Shown here: positions 19,204-31,349 of the stretch, in pieces | Position numbering within the stretch: position 1 is the first letter of the stretch | Layout of the letters: each line of letters starts with the position of its first letter | Assembly: GCA_006226545.1 (NCBI GenBank) | Contig: SBGR01000026.1 | Location: 201-64,200, forward strand | Source of the DNA: Bacteroidota bacterium | GTDB taxonomy: Bacteria; Bacteroidota; Bacteroidia; UBA8524 | DNA: 64,000 nucleotides | Reading direction: 5' to 3' | Position numbers and translations under genes: made by a program | Notes under the pieces: generated by a model | Told to the model about the DNA's origin: nothing | The model's database searches: none | Seen by the model: only the letters and a program-made list of their open reading frames with translations

Positions 19204-20284
19204 TCAACTACGCATAGCCTTTATTTCCAGACCAAGCCTTTTTACAGTTCGTGGAGGGGATACTGTGCAGATGACGAGTACCGCATCCGCACTCCGAAGC
19301 TTGGGCGTACAGGTAGATATTTTCACTTCCAACCAAACCATTGACTATGCTAAATACGACCTCCTTCACTTCTTTAACATCATCCGGCCGGCCAGCATTT
19401 TACACCATACTTCCAAGTCCGGGTTACCTTATGTGCTTTCTCCTGTCTACGTTGAATATGCGGCCTATGAAGAGACACAGGCCCATCCAGTCCGCCGCAT
19501 TTTGGCATCAGCGGTAGGAAAACATAGAATGGAGTACATCAAAGTACTCGGTCGTTATGCCAAAAGCAGAGAACCCATTGGCTCCTTTTATTATTTGAGT
19601 CGCGGACATTATTCCAGCATCCGTAAAGTGCTGCAAAACTGCTCTTACCTCCTGCCCAATTCAGAATCGGAAGGAAAACGACTACTTAAGGATTTCCCAA
19701 CAGATACACCTTGGAAAGCGGTGCCCAATGGTGCCGACACAGAACTTTTCCGGTTTAAGGGCGATGCGCTTAGAGAAAAAAATACCGTGCTCTGTTCTGC
19801 CCGAATTGAAGGGAGAAAAAACCAACTTGGACTTATCAGAGCTTTGCGTGGCACCGGGATCAAACTCTGGCTAGCCGGCAAAGCAGCGCCTAATCATAGC
19901 GCCTATTACGAACAATGCGTGAGCGAAGCCGATGAGAACGTGACGTTCTTAGGCCAATTGGATTTCGAGGATTTAGTGAACCTATACCACCGAGCTGAAG
20001 TCCACGCCATGCCAAGCTGGTTTGAAACCACCGGCTTAAGTAGTCTGGAAGCTGCACTATGCGGTTCCAAATTGGTGATGAGTCGTTTAGGCGATGAATA
20101 CGACTATTTCCAAGATGACGTACATTATGCTAAGCCCGACGATATTCAATCCATCCGTCAAGCTGTGCTTGCGGCCTTGGACAGCCAGCGATCGGATAAG
20201 TTGAGAGAACGTATCCTTCGCGACTATACCTGGGGACGTTGCGCCGAGTTGACTTTACAAGCTTATAAGGAGGTGCTGAAATGA
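19196..20284 (+). CDS. Glycosyltransferase family 4
   Basis: GGDTVQ, RIEGRKNQ, ETTGLSSLEA. Confidence 0.9.
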   Translation: MDNQLRIAFISRPSLFTVRGGDTVQMTSTASALRSLGVQVDIFTSNQTIDYAKYDLLHFFNIIRPASILHHTSKSGLPYVLSPVYVEYAAYEETQAHPVRRILASAVGKHRMEYIKVLGRYAKSREPIGSFYYLSRGHYSSIRKVLQNCSYLLPNSESEGKRLLKDFPTDTPWKAVPNGADTELFRFKGDALREKNTVLCSARIEGRKNQLGLIRALRGTGIKLWLAGKAAPNHSAYYEQCVSEADENVTFLGQLDFEDLVNLYHRAEVHAMPSWFETTGLSSLEAALCGSKLVMSRLGDEYDYFQDDVHYAKPDDIQSIRQAVLAALDSQRSDKLRERILRDYTWGRCAELTLQAYKEVLK

Positions 20285-21372
20285 AAATAGGCATACTTGG
20301 CACTCGCGGAATTCCCAATGAATACGGTGGCTTTGAACAGTTTGCCGAATTCTTTGCGGTACGCATGCAGGAACGCGGACATGAGCTAACCGTTTACAAT
20401 TCATCGCTACACCCTTATAAGGAAAGCCAATTCAAAGGAGTGAACATCCGTGTTTGCAATGACCCGGAAGACCGCTATGGCAGCTTTGGCCAGTTTATTT
20501 ACGACAGGAACTGCATCCTTGACAGCCGAAGCCAACACTTCGATATCCTCCTTTTGCTTGGCTATACCAGCAGTGCGGTTTGGATGCATCTGCTTCCTAA
20601 AAACACAAAAGTGGTCAGTAATATGGATGGCTTGGAATGGAAACGAAGCAAATACAGCAAACCCGTTCAAGCCTTTTTGCGCTGGTCGGAAAAAAGAGCT
20701 GCCCGAAAAAGTGATGCCTTGATTGCTGATTCGCGCGCGATTCAAGGTTACCTGCGATCCAAATACGGGTTAGACTCCAACTATACTGCTTACGGTGCAG
20801 AGGTCTTCTCAAATCCGGATTCAGCCCTTCTCGCGCAATATGGAGTTGAACCGAATAAGTATACCCTGCTAATCGCTCGACCAGAACCGGAAAACAACGT
20901 ACACCTCATTTGCGAAGCGCACGTGAAATCCGGAATCGACTTGCCTCTGCTTATTATTGGCCGGTTCACGAATGCCTACGGCCAAAAGCTGCAAGCGCAA
21001 TATGCCGGAACAAATATTCGGTTTATCGGTCCGCTTTACGACCTAAACGTGTTGAACAACCTTCGCTACCACGCGGCCATCTATTTCCACGGACATTCTG
21101 TGGGAGGAACCAATCCATCGCTTTTAGAGGCCATGGCTTCTTCCAGCCTGATTTGTGCTCACGACAATCCTTTCAACCGGGCCGTTTTAGAATCGGATGC
21201 ATTCTATTTCAGTTCGGTAGAAGAGTTAAGCGAATTGCTGAAACAAGTTCCTGTAAAAGCAGACCATGCGCATTTCATAACAGAGAATATCAAGAAGATA
21301 GAACAATACTACAGCTGGGATACCATCACCACCCAACTCGAAACATATTTCAAGGAGGTATTAAGCAAATGA
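20281..21372 (+). CDS. Glycosyltransferase family 4 (DUF1972-type)
   Basis: GTRGIPNEYGGFE, DGLEWKRSK, GGTNPSLLEAMA. Confidence 0.9.
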   Translation: MKIGILGTRGIPNEYGGFEQFAEFFAVRMQERGHELTVYNSSLHPYKESQFKGVNIRVCNDPEDRYGSFGQFIYDRNCILDSRSQHFDILLLLGYTSSAVWMHLLPKNTKVVSNMDGLEWKRSKYSKPVQAFLRWSEKRAARKSDALIADSRAIQGYLRSKYGLDSNYTAYGAEVFSNPDSALLAQYGVEPNKYTLLIARPEPENNVHLICEAHVKSGIDLPLLIIGRFTNAYGQKLQAQYAGTNIRFIGPLYDLNVLNNLRYHAAIYFHGHSVGGTNPSLLEAMASSSLICAHDNPFNRAVLESDAFYFSSVEELSELLKQVPVKADHAHFITENIKKIEQYYSWDTITTQLETYFKEVLSK

Positions 21373-22610
21373 TGAATCAGCTGACATACCGCCACATCAC
21401 CAAAGGGCTTTGGCTAGCATTGCTTCTGAGTTTAGGCCTTAGTTTAAAATTAAGTGCCATTCTGTTGGTAGCTCTAGTGCTTGCCAGAATTTTAGAGCGG
21501 AACTTTAAATGGGAAGGCAACCGACATGAATGGATTTGGGCCGGCTGCTGTATGGCCTTCTTTGGCTGGGCCGCTCTTTCTTCTATTTGGTCTGGAGACG
21601 TGGCTGCTGATTTCAAAATTGCTGAGCGAAAAGCTTCCTTTCTTTTGCTGCCTTTGCTTTACCTAAGTTGGCCTTTTAAGCGATTAAGCCTCGCTCGGGT
21701 GCATTTAAGAATTTACCATTTTGTGCTAAGCGGACTGTGTCTTTCCTTGATTGGGATTGCCATCGCTGGCGGACAGATTGAATCGCTTTTTTACCATGAA
21801 TTGGTCAGGCCAATTGGGCAACATGCCGTTTACTTTTCGGCAATTCTGCTGTTTAGCTTGCTTCTGCTGAGGCAAGAAATCCAAAGCATTTACCTGCTAC
21901 TTTTTGGTTCAGTTTACGGACTCACGTTGGTCTTATTGAGTTCTAAACTCATGCTGGGACTCGCTGCCCTGGCGCTTTTTGTGATGGTTTTCTATAAACT
22001 CAAGAACAGAAAGATAAAGGCCGTTTTGAGTTTGGGCATATTGGCGTTAATCACGGCACTTTTACTCATTCCAAACCCCGTTCAGAAACGATTTAGCGAT
22101 GTATCGGTTAAGCGCCTGAGCTATGTCAATGCAAACCACATCGGTCAAGATGTTTACCTCGACGGGCTCAGCCTTCGCTTAATCCAAGTAAGACTGGCAT
22201 TTCAAATACTGAAATCAGAAAACGCTTGGCTATTAGGGGTAGGCAATAGTGCGGCTCAAACTCATTTAGACCAAGCCTATAAATCACTCGATCTGTACGC
22301 GCCGGAAAGCGGTGCAGACCGCGGTTTCATTGGATATAATTTTCACAACCAATACCTGCAAAGCTGGGTACAGGGCGGATTACTCGCCTTGCTGATGCTG
22401 GGGGGCATCTTTATTCAGCTAGCAATTCTAGCCATCAGGCAAAGGAACCTAACATTGGCCATGTGCACTGCGTTATTCGCTGCATTTTGCCTTACCGAGT
22501 CGGTTTTTGAACGTCAACAGGGCGTGATGGCCTTTCTATGTTTCACCCTGTTATCGCTAGCGATGCGCCCTGAACAGGACACTTATTCTCAACCACAGAA
22601 TTTGATTTAA
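21369..22610 (+). CDS. O-antigen ligase (WaaL-like) family protein
   Basis: Start moved to 21369 (ATGA overlap); multi-TM, HAVYFS, YNFHNQYLQ, ESVFERQQG. Confidence 0.8.
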   Translation: MMNQLTYRHITKGLWLALLLSLGLSLKLSAILLVALVLARILERNFKWEGNRHEWIWAGCCMAFFGWAALSSIWSGDVAADFKIAERKASFLLLPLLYLSWPFKRLSLARVHLRIYHFVLSGLCLSLIGIAIAGGQIESLFYHELVRPIGQHAVYFSAILLFSLLLLRQEIQSIYLLLFGSVYGLTLVLLSSKLMLGLAALALFVMVFYKLKNRKIKAVLSLGILALITALLLIPNPVQKRFSDVSVKRLSYVNANHIGQDVYLDGLSLRLIQVRLAFQILKSENAWLLGVGNSAAQTHLDQAYKSLDLYAPESGADRGFIGYNFHNQYLQSWVQGGLLALLMLGGIFIQLAILAIRQRNLTLAMCTALFAAFCLTESVFERQQGVMAFLCFTLLSLAMRPEQDTYSQPQNLI

Positions 22611-22620
22611 TCTCTACACC

Positions 22621-23307
22621 ATGAATTTACAAGCCGGAAATTTAGGATCACTGAACTGGAAGCACCCGGTTAAAGTTTGGGAAGACGAAGCACTGCTGAA
22701 AAAGGCACCGCGTTCACTTCGCTACAGCTTTCAAAAAAGAACCCTAGATATTGTATTCTCCTTGGGTATCTCGCTCACACTTTTAAGTTGGCTATTGCCG
22801 CTTTTGGCTTTGCTCATCCGATTGGAGAGCAAAGGCTCCCCGTTTTTCGCTCAAGTTAGAACGGGCAAAGACGGAAAAAGCTTCACTTGCTATAAGCTCA
22901 GAACCATGCGCATCAATGCATTGAGCGATACCAAACAAGCTACCGATGGCGACGAGCGCATTACCCGCATGGGCAAATTTCTGCGCCTCTCCAGCTTGGA
23001 TGAATTGCCGCAATTGTTCAATGTGCTTTTAGGGGATATGAGTTTGGTGGGACCTCGTCCGCACATGCTCTACCATACTAACTATTACGAACCACTAATA
23101 CCCAGTTATAAGCTGAGACATCTGGTAAAACCCGGTTTAACCGGGTTGGCCCAGGTTAAAGGACTCAGAGGACCAACCACCCATGTTTCAGACATGGAAC
23201 GCAGAGTGCATGCCGATTTGTATTATATCAGCAACCGGAACATTTTGCTCGACATTCGCATCATTGGTGAGACCGCAAAAGAGGTTTGGAGGGCCTTATT
23301 CCGCTAA
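22621..23307 (+). CDS. Priming polyprenyl-phosphate sugar transferase (Bac_transf)
   Basis: KRTLDI, YKLRTM, LDELPQLFNVLLGDMSLVGPRP, KPGLTGLAQ. Confidence 0.93.
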   Translation: MNLQAGNLGSLNWKHPVKVWEDEALLKKAPRSLRYSFQKRTLDIVFSLGISLTLLSWLLPLLALLIRLESKGSPFFAQVRTGKDGKSFTCYKLRTMRINALSDTKQATDGDERITRMGKFLRLSSLDELPQLFNVLLGDMSLVGPRPHMLYHTNYYEPLIPSYKLRHLVKPGLTGLAQVKGLRGPTTHVSDMERRVHADLYYISNRNILLDIRIIGETAKEVWRALFR

Positions 23308-23309
23308 TC

Positions 23310-24230
23310 ATGGAAAGTACGCTTACTACCTCCGAATTGAAAGCCAAAATCAAGCAAACGCTTGGCTATTTCGACTTCTTCCACTATCCTTTGAAGGAAG
23401 AGGAAATCTTACGCTACCTGCCGGTGAAATCCGATTTAAGCAGCCTTCGAAATGCTTTGAATGAACTAACCGCAGAACGTGAAGTGACCCAACAAGGCAG
23501 CCTATTTGCTATTCCGCAGTCGCTCGATATCTTCTCTCGAAGAAACGAAGCTAACGCCCTAGCCTATACCAAGCTGCCCCATGCCATGCAAATAGGAAAA
23601 TTCCTTTCCAAGTTTCCATTTGTCAGGTTTGTGGGCATTTCCGGTTCCTTAAGTAAGCTTTATGCCGATTCCAAATCAGACTTCGACTACTTCATTGTAA
23701 CCGATACCAACCGTCTTTGGATAGCTCGAAGCCTGATGCATGTGTTCAAGAAACTCACTTTTTTAGTGAACCGCCAGCATCAGTTTTGCATGAACTATTA
23801 TATCGACGCTGACCATTTAACCATTGAAGACCATAACCGCTATACCGCGATTGAACTCAGTTCTTTGATTCCGGTGTACAACCAAGAAGTCTATGATCAT
23901 CTCATCGATCAAAACGAATGGTTAAAAGCGGAATTGCCCAATTTCAACCGTTTTCAAATGGCCCAATTTTCTGAGCGCAAAGCCTGGTTGAAAAAAGGGT
24001 TTGAACGCTTAGTTAACCTATTGGGTGCTAGTAAAATCAACCAAAGGCTGATGAGGCTTACAGATCGTAAATGGAGGGCCAAATGGCAAAGTGCCGGCTA
24101 TCCTGAACAGGATTACGATTTAGCTTTTAGAACACGCATTTACGTTTCTAAAAACCATCCGGCCAACTATCAGAAAAAAGTGCTGTCTAACCAATTGGTT
24201 CAGCTCTCTAAACTTAGTCCAGCAAAATGA
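23310..24230 (+). CDS. Pol-beta-superfamily nucleotidyltransferase-domain protein of unknown function
   Basis: VGISGSLS...SDFDYFIV (GS plus DxD), RLWIAR and FCMNY; N-terminal YFDFFHYPL helical domain. Confidence 0.75.
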   Translation: MESTLTTSELKAKIKQTLGYFDFFHYPLKEEEILRYLPVKSDLSSLRNALNELTAEREVTQQGSLFAIPQSLDIFSRRNEANALAYTKLPHAMQIGKFLSKFPFVRFVGISGSLSKLYADSKSDFDYFIVTDTNRLWIARSLMHVFKKLTFLVNRQHQFCMNYYIDADHLTIEDHNRYTAIELSSLIPVYNQEVYDHLIDQNEWLKAELPNFNRFQMAQFSERKAWLKKGFERLVNLLGASKINQRLMRLTDRKWRAKWQSAGYPEQDYDLAFRTRIYVSKNHPANYQKKVLSNQLVQLSKLSPAK

Positions 24231-25162
24231 GTAAAAATCGCCCCATCTTAATCTTAGGAGGAACCGGCTTTATCGGTCATGCCGTAGTAAGCCAGTTGCT
24301 GCGTGAGCGGAATCCGGAAGACTTGATAGTATTGAGTCACCGAAAGGCAAGTTCCTTTGCCGGGGTGAAAACGATAAAAGGCAGTTTAGAAAAAGTGGAC
24401 TGGAGTCAGCTAGACCATAATCCACCGGAAACCATTATACACTTGGCGCGTATCAATGCCACTAGGTTTGGAAAACTAGGCCGATACCTCGCTGCCCGGA
24501 AAGGCAGAAACGCCAATAAACGTTTAGTAGAGCATAGCCAAAGAGCCAATTGGCGGTGCAGCTTCACCTATGTTTCAGGGAGTTTGATGTACGGAGAACA
24601 TGGCACCGAAACCATCTTGGAAGGCGAAGGATTGAAGCCCATTGCATTTGCCAGGCAATACAGCATTGCCGAGGACGTGTTTGATCCGGTAGCTCAAAAT
24701 GTGCGGGTCATTCGAGTGCCATGGGTTATTGGCCAGGGTTCTTGGTTCAAAGGTTTTTTTACCGATAAGCTTCAATCAGAAAAACGTGTTCCGCAATACG
24801 GTTCAGGCGAAAACTGGATGAGCTTTATCGAAGTAAGCGATGCCGCCAAAGGCATAGTCTACGCTTCACTCAACTTCAACCGAGGCGTTTACCATTTAGC
24901 GATGCCTCAAGCCCTGCCACAGCGGAATTTTTGCGAGCTCATCTCCAAGTTGAGCGGGTTTCCGATTAAGGCCTTTAGCAATACCGAAATGGAGATGAAA
25001 TTTGAAGAAGCCATCGTGGAGTCTTTTCGCTCCAATATCATTTTAGGCACGCGGTTTCAAGAGAATTTCCCGGCCAACTTTTTCCAGTTTACCGAAGTAG
25101 AATCGGCCTTAAAGCATCACTTAAGCCTTTTTCTCAAAGACAAAGAGCGTATACTCTCCTAG
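24227..25162 (+). CDS. NAD-dependent epimerase/dehydratase (atypical SDR)
   Basis: GGTGFIG Rossmann motif, SGSLMYG. Confidence 0.8.
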   Translation: MSKNRPILILGGTGFIGHAVVSQLLRERNPEDLIVLSHRKASSFAGVKTIKGSLEKVDWSQLDHNPPETIIHLARINATRFGKLGRYLAARKGRNANKRLVEHSQRANWRCSFTYVSGSLMYGEHGTETILEGEGLKPIAFARQYSIAEDVFDPVAQNVRVIRVPWVIGQGSWFKGFFTDKLQSEKRVPQYGSGENWMSFIEVSDAAKGIVYASLNFNRGVYHLAMPQALPQRNFCELISKLSGFPIKAFSNTEMEMKFEEAIVESFRSNIILGTRFQENFPANFFQFTEVESALKHHLSLFLKDKERILS

Positions 25163-25927
25163 CGACCAAAACGGGGTTTTGCTTAAGGCGCGGTCCCAAT
25201 TCCACAGTCGGTCTTTGTAATTGGCCTGCACCACCTTCGGACTTTCATACCACGCAGGAAAGAGGATGGAATAACCGCGGTGTTTCACTTCCCTCATTCC
25301 ACCAAACGCCTTTCGCACTTCGGTAGGCGTATAACATTTAGAAGGCAAAAAGCGACTGGTTGAGTAGCCTCCCCAAACTTTTTTCAATCGCTTAAAAGCG
25401 GTTGCAAAACGAAGTTTCAAAAGTGGTTTCAAGATTCCTAATAGGTACCACTTGTTCACAAAGGTGAGCACCATCTTTCCATTTGGGCTTAATAGCGATT
25501 GCAGTTCTTTGGCGGCTGCGTTCAGGTCTTCCACGGTATTGAGGGAACCAAAAAACACATAGATCAAATCGAATTGCTGCTGAGGTAAAAGCAACTTCAC
25601 ATCCTCCACACTGCCCACCATGGCTTGACAATTGTTTAGCTGCACCTCCTTTATCGCTAAAGAAGCCACCTCACACATGCCATCGGAAATATCAATGCCG
25701 TAAACCTGTGCATTGGGGTTCTGTTTAGCGAAATAAACCAAGTCGAAGCCCGGCCCATAGCCTACTTCCAAAGCCTGATGAAAGGCTATACCTTCCGATT
25801 CTGCTCGGAATGACTCCCGAATGCGCTGCAAAAGTGGGTTGGCTTCTCCCCTGCTTTTAAAGCTAACCGAATCTTCATTGTAATAGGCTTTTACTTCCTT
25901 GTAATACCCCGAGCCTTCGCTGTACAT
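25121..25927 (-). CDS. Class I SAM-dependent methyltransferase
   Basis: LEVGYGPG motif I, GIDISDGM, FDLIYVFFGSLN. Confidence 0.88.
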   Translation of the reverse strand: MYSEGSGYYKEVKAYYNEDSVSFKSRGEANPLLQRIRESFRAESEGIAFHQALEVGYGPGFDLVYFAKQNPNAQVYGIDISDGMCEVASLAIKEVQLNNCQAMVGSVEDVKLLLPQQQFDLIYVFFGSLNTVEDLNAAAKELQSLLSPNGKMVLTFVNKWYLLGILKPLLKLRFATAFKRLKKVWGGYSTSRFLPSKCYTPTEVRKAFGGMREVKHRGYSILFPAWYESPKVVQANYKDRLWNWDRALSKTPFWSLGEYTLFVFEKKA

Positions 25928-25931
25928 AGAT

Positions 25932-25939
25932 CAAATATA
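25932..25939 (-). promoter_or_regulatory. Bacteroidota -7 promoter box (TATATTTG)
   Basis: Exact TAnnTTTG match 4 nt upstream of the methyltransferase ATG. Confidence 0.55.
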
Positions 25940-25979
25940 AACGGGAATGTGAATTAGGCATAGTCAGATTGACCACTAC

Positions 25980-27947
25980 CTACCTTAAAACGGTAATTGT
26001 CCCTTTCCGATTGATTTTCACACCGGCATCATCGTAGCCCTGCAGGATAAACAAATACTGGCCGTCTGGAACAAAATCGCCACGGAAACGACCATCCCAT
26101 AAACCCCCTTCGCTAGAAAACACCTCTTCACCCCAGCGGTTGTAAATACGAAGCGTATAGTCAGTGAAGCCTCTGCCTACCGGTCCCCAAGTCTCGTTTA
26201 ATCCGTTTTCATCCGGACTAAAAGCCGTTGGCAAATACCAATCAACTTCCAAGACCTTCACACGCTGTATCAAGGAGCTATAACACCCATTATAGCCTAC
26301 TTTAAGCTTAAAAAGATAGGTTCCGTTTTCATTCAGGCTGCTGTCGAAATCAGGCGTAAACCGCAAGCTATCTTCGTTCAGTGTCCAGAGAAAAGAATGA
26401 AAGGTATCCGGAACCGCAAAGAGCTGGAAGGCTTCATTTGGATTGGGGAGGCTATCGGAAACCTGTATGGTAAACCTTGGCTTCTGCTGAATTCCCACTT
26501 TCAGTGTATCGGTCAGCGTATCGCATTCGGTGTATAATTTGATCGCGTGCCAGCTTGAATCTCGGATGAGAACGGGGTTTTGCGTAGAGCCATCGGCCCA
26601 AGCCCAAGTGAATTGGCCGGTTGGAATGTTAAGCTCCAAACTATCCCCTTCGCATAACACAGTATCGGCAGGCAAGCGGTAGCCGATGGGTTTACAGTAC
26701 CGGCAGAATAAACTATCGCTAAACTGAATTGGATTGCCTTTTTGACTTGACAAGGCAATAAAATTGGTGCTGTGATCAAACGTTTGTTTACCGTTTATTC
26801 CTTTCGGACTCGTTTGACCGCCTGGTGTATGGTAGCCTTCATTAGACCAACACCCAAAGCTGCCATCAGGCTGAAGTTTCATAACAAAAAAGCCCGTTTG
26901 CAATGCTACGCCGAGCACAAATGGAGTTCCGTCTGCCCTTAAGTGATAGTTGTAATTGCAGGCATCACGCAAAGCGCCGGTAGGTGCAAAGCCAAAGGCC
27001 TGAGGCAAAATCTCACTGCGTATTACTTTTCCATAGTCCGTATAAAATACCAAACGCAGGAAAGCAGAATCGGTGGTGAGGTAGCTACTTCCCACAACAA
27101 TATTGGATTGCGTAGAGCCAATAAAATGGGGAGACAAACCCAGATAGGAATCGACAGGTGTAGACCCTTTACCGTCTATATCCACTGAGAATAACTCGTG
27201 CTCTGTACCACTGTAGGCAGAATTGGCTATAAATAATTTTTTACCCAACTGGGAAACCCCGGCAATGGTTACAAAGCCGGTATAACTTTTCATCCATTTG
27301 TAATTTCCGTCTTTGTCCATCAACCAAACTGATCCGGAGCCGGAACCCATAATCTCTCCTGCAGCAGTATGTCCGCCAAAACCCCACATGGTCGATGCGA
27401 AATCCAAGTGTTTGAACCAACTGATTTGACCGTTTCCGGCGAAACGGGTGATGAAATTCCCTACATTCCCAATTGTGCCCCCTTGGCTACCGATGAGAAA
27501 ACCAACGGCATACAAGCCACCATCCGGATGTGCATCAAAGGTATAGAGGTGATAGTTCAGTGAATTTTCCAATACCTGAACATCCAGCTGTTGAAGTTGC
27601 CCGTCCAACGACATGAAGAAAATATTGGTAGAGGCTTCGTTGCGGATATTACCTCCAACGTACACGGTATCGCCAGAGACCGCCACTTGTAGACTGTAAA
27701 CGGGATCTGAAAAACTATACTCCTCCGAGTGGGTAATTTCAAGTTCCTTATTCAAGCGCATCACCTGAAAATGATACCCATTTAAAAGGTCGACAATAAC
27801 CACAAGGTCTCCATTACTGAAACTCGCTATATCACCTCTAGAGCCTATGTTAGGCGATTGCACACTCGAAAAAACCCGCATCTGGCTGAATTGAGCTTGA
27901 GAGAGGTGAAAGGAAAGAAAGAGTACGAAGAGGAAAAGGAATCTCAT
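25980..27947 (-). CDS. T9SS cargo with type B (gliding-motility-associated, CHU_C) C-terminal domain; probable N-terminal beta-propeller
   Basis: Signal peptide; YLPTAFSPDENGLNE, IYNRWGE, WDG, PDGQY, C-terminal GTITVLR. Confidence 0.85.
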   Translation of the reverse strand: MRFLFLFVLFLSFHLSQAQFSQMRVFSSVQSPNIGSRGDIASFSNGDLVVIVDLLNGYHFQVMRLNKELEITHSEEYSFSDPVYSLQVAVSGDTVYVGGNIRNEASTNIFFMSLDGQLQQLDVQVLENSLNYHLYTFDAHPDGGLYAVGFLIGSQGGTIGNVGNFITRFAGNGQISWFKHLDFASTMWGFGGHTAAGEIMGSGSGSVWLMDKDGNYKWMKSYTGFVTIAGVSQLGKKLFIANSAYSGTEHELFSVDIDGKGSTPVDSYLGLSPHFIGSTQSNIVVGSSYLTTDSAFLRLVFYTDYGKVIRSEILPQAFGFAPTGALRDACNYNYHLRADGTPFVLGVALQTGFFVMKLQPDGSFGCWSNEGYHTPGGQTSPKGINGKQTFDHSTNFIALSSQKGNPIQFSDSLFCRYCKPIGYRLPADTVLCEGDSLELNIPTGQFTWAWADGSTQNPVLIRDSSWHAIKLYTECDTLTDTLKVGIQQKPRFTIQVSDSLPNPNEAFQLFAVPDTFHSFLWTLNEDSLRFTPDFDSSLNENGTYLFKLKVGYNGCYSSLIQRVKVLEVDWYLPTAFSPDENGLNETWGPVGRGFTDYTLRIYNRWGEEVFSSEGGLWDGRFRGDFVPDGQYLFILQGYDDAGVKINRKGTITVLR

Positions 27948-28105
27948 TCAGACTTTTGACGTAAAACCTAGCAAATAGGTTGTACTTGGTTAAAATATTC
28001 TACTGAAAATCGATGGAAGGAGAAACAAGGACGTTAAAATGAGCTTCGATTTCCAAATTGCCTGAAAAACCCGACTTAGATTCTTGTGTTTGCTAGGCCA
28101 CGTAA

Positions 28106-29770
<1,665 letters not shown>

Positions 29771-29772
29771 AC

Positions 29773-30492
29773 ATGACAACCCGCCTCTCGGTTAACATCA
29801 ACAAATTCGCAACCTTGCGCAATGCGCGAGGCGGAAATAATCCGGATGTAGTCAAAGCCGCGCTAGACTGCGAACGCTTTGGCGCAGAAGGGATAACCGT
29901 GCATCCCAGACCGGATGAACGCCATATTCGGTACAGCGATGTAAGAGCCTTAAAAGGTTTACTGAGTACCGAGTTTAACATTGAAGGGAATCCCACTGAA
30001 CGCACGTTTGTTGACTTGGTAGACGAGATTAAACCGGCACAGGTAACCCTTGTGCCGGATGCGCGCAATACCTTAACCAGCAACCAAGGCTGGGATACCA
30101 TCAGCCACTTGAGTTTCTTGCAAGAGATCATCGCTCACTTTAAAAATCAAGGCATTCGTACTTCCATTTTCTTGGATCCGGTACCGGCCATGGTAGAGGG
30201 AGCTGCAAAGACTGGCACAGACCGCATTGAATTGTATACTGAAGCTTATGCCCACGGGTATACCAGCAACCGCGAAGAAGCCATTAGGCCCTATAAAGAA
30301 GCTGCTTTGGTTGCTCAAACCCTAGGCTTAGGACTCAATGCCGGTCATGATTTAAGTTTGGAAAACCTGCGTTACTTCCAGGAGCAAATTCCGGGATTGG
30401 AAGAAGTAAGTATCGGACATGCGCTTATCTGTGATGCCCTTTACCTTGGCCTGGAAAAGACGGTCCAATCCTACCTTGATTGCCTTCGCTAA
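29773..30492 (+). CDS. pdxJ: Pyridoxine 5'-phosphate synthase
   Basis: [37 protein letters not shown]. Confidence 0.97.
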   Translation: MTTRLSVNINKFATLRNARGGNNPDVVKAALDCERFGAEGITVHPRPDERHIRYSDVRALKGLLSTEFNIEGNPTERTFVDLVDEIKPAQVTLVPDARNTLTSNQGWDTISHLSFLQEIIAHFKNQGIRTSIFLDPVPAMVEGAAKTGTDRIELYTEAYAHGYTSNREEAIRPYKEAALVAQTLGLGLNAGHDLSLENLRYFQEQIPGLEEVSIGHALICDALYLGLEKTVQSYLDCLR

Positions 30493-31220
30493 CGCGACTG
30501 GTAATAGGTATAATCGCTCAAAAGCTGCCTTAAAAAAGTAACATCGTCTAAATTAGTCTGGATGGCTAATCTATTGCACAGGCGCAAGCGGGCTTGGTAG
30601 GCCATTTCAAATCGCTCCAAGCCTTTTTCCTTTTCATCGTCTATCAGGTTCAATACCTCTTTTACGGTTTGCATATCGTCGCCCGAAAGTTGTTTAGCTT
30701 CCGGAATTCGAGGTTCATAGGTATCGCTAAAAGAATACTCATGAAACCCGGAATCTTCCAAACGTACCCTGTTTTTTACTTTCACTACAACGGTACCCGC
30801 GGCTAAATCGCCCAGACGTTGTTGGTGCTTGGATAAGATAATGCTAGCCAGAGCTACTCCTCCGAAGGAAATGGCTTCAAACACAAAAAGCAGCCAACGC
30901 AAGAAATAACTAACCAAATCCATATCAGAGCCATCCACCTTCATCACCCGAATCTTCATCAGGTTTTTACCTACCGTTTGGCCTTTAAATAGCAATTCAG
31001 CCCAAAATGGATAACTCGCAATGAGCACACTTCCAATGATTCCAAAAATGGATCCTGTCTCTTCGGGAAGCTCAGAGACCACCAAAGTTAGGTAGGCAAT
31101 AAGCAGCAGAATGATTAGCACCAAGTCTATCAGTGCCGCCAGCATTCTATTGCCTAATCCGGCCAATTCAAAGCGTAAATCTACATTGGTGACCGTGTTT
31201 ATCCGTATCGAGGTATCCAT
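30489..31220 (-). CDS. RDD family membrane protein
   Basis: [26 protein letters not shown]. Confidence 0.9.
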   Translation of the reverse strand: MDTSIRINTVTNVDLRFELAGLGNRMLAALIDLVLIILLLIAYLTLVVSELPEETGSIFGIIGSVLIASYPFWAELLFKGQTVGKNLMKIRVMKVDGSDMDLVSYFLRWLLFVFEAISFGGVALASIILSKHQQRLGDLAAGTVVVKVKNRVRLEDSGFHEYSFSDTYEPRIPEAKQLSGDDMQTVKEVLNLIDDEKEKGLERFEMAYQARLRLCNRLAIQTNLDDVTFLRQLLSDYTYYQSR

Positions 31221-31349
31221 AATTGTGGCTCAATTTAGGGAATTTTCCATAAGACTAAAGTCCACTCAGAAACTTACCGGAACTGCTAAATCTTGATGGG
31301 AAAAAGCTTTTCCATTCGCTGGGAAAAATGCAAATTTGGACATCTCCCT

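Noticed and set aside
20910..21368. 153-aa extension of the ligase ORF suggesting a fusion or frameshift
   Set aside because: It lies out of frame inside an intact GT4 gene; an ATGA-coupled start exists at 21369.
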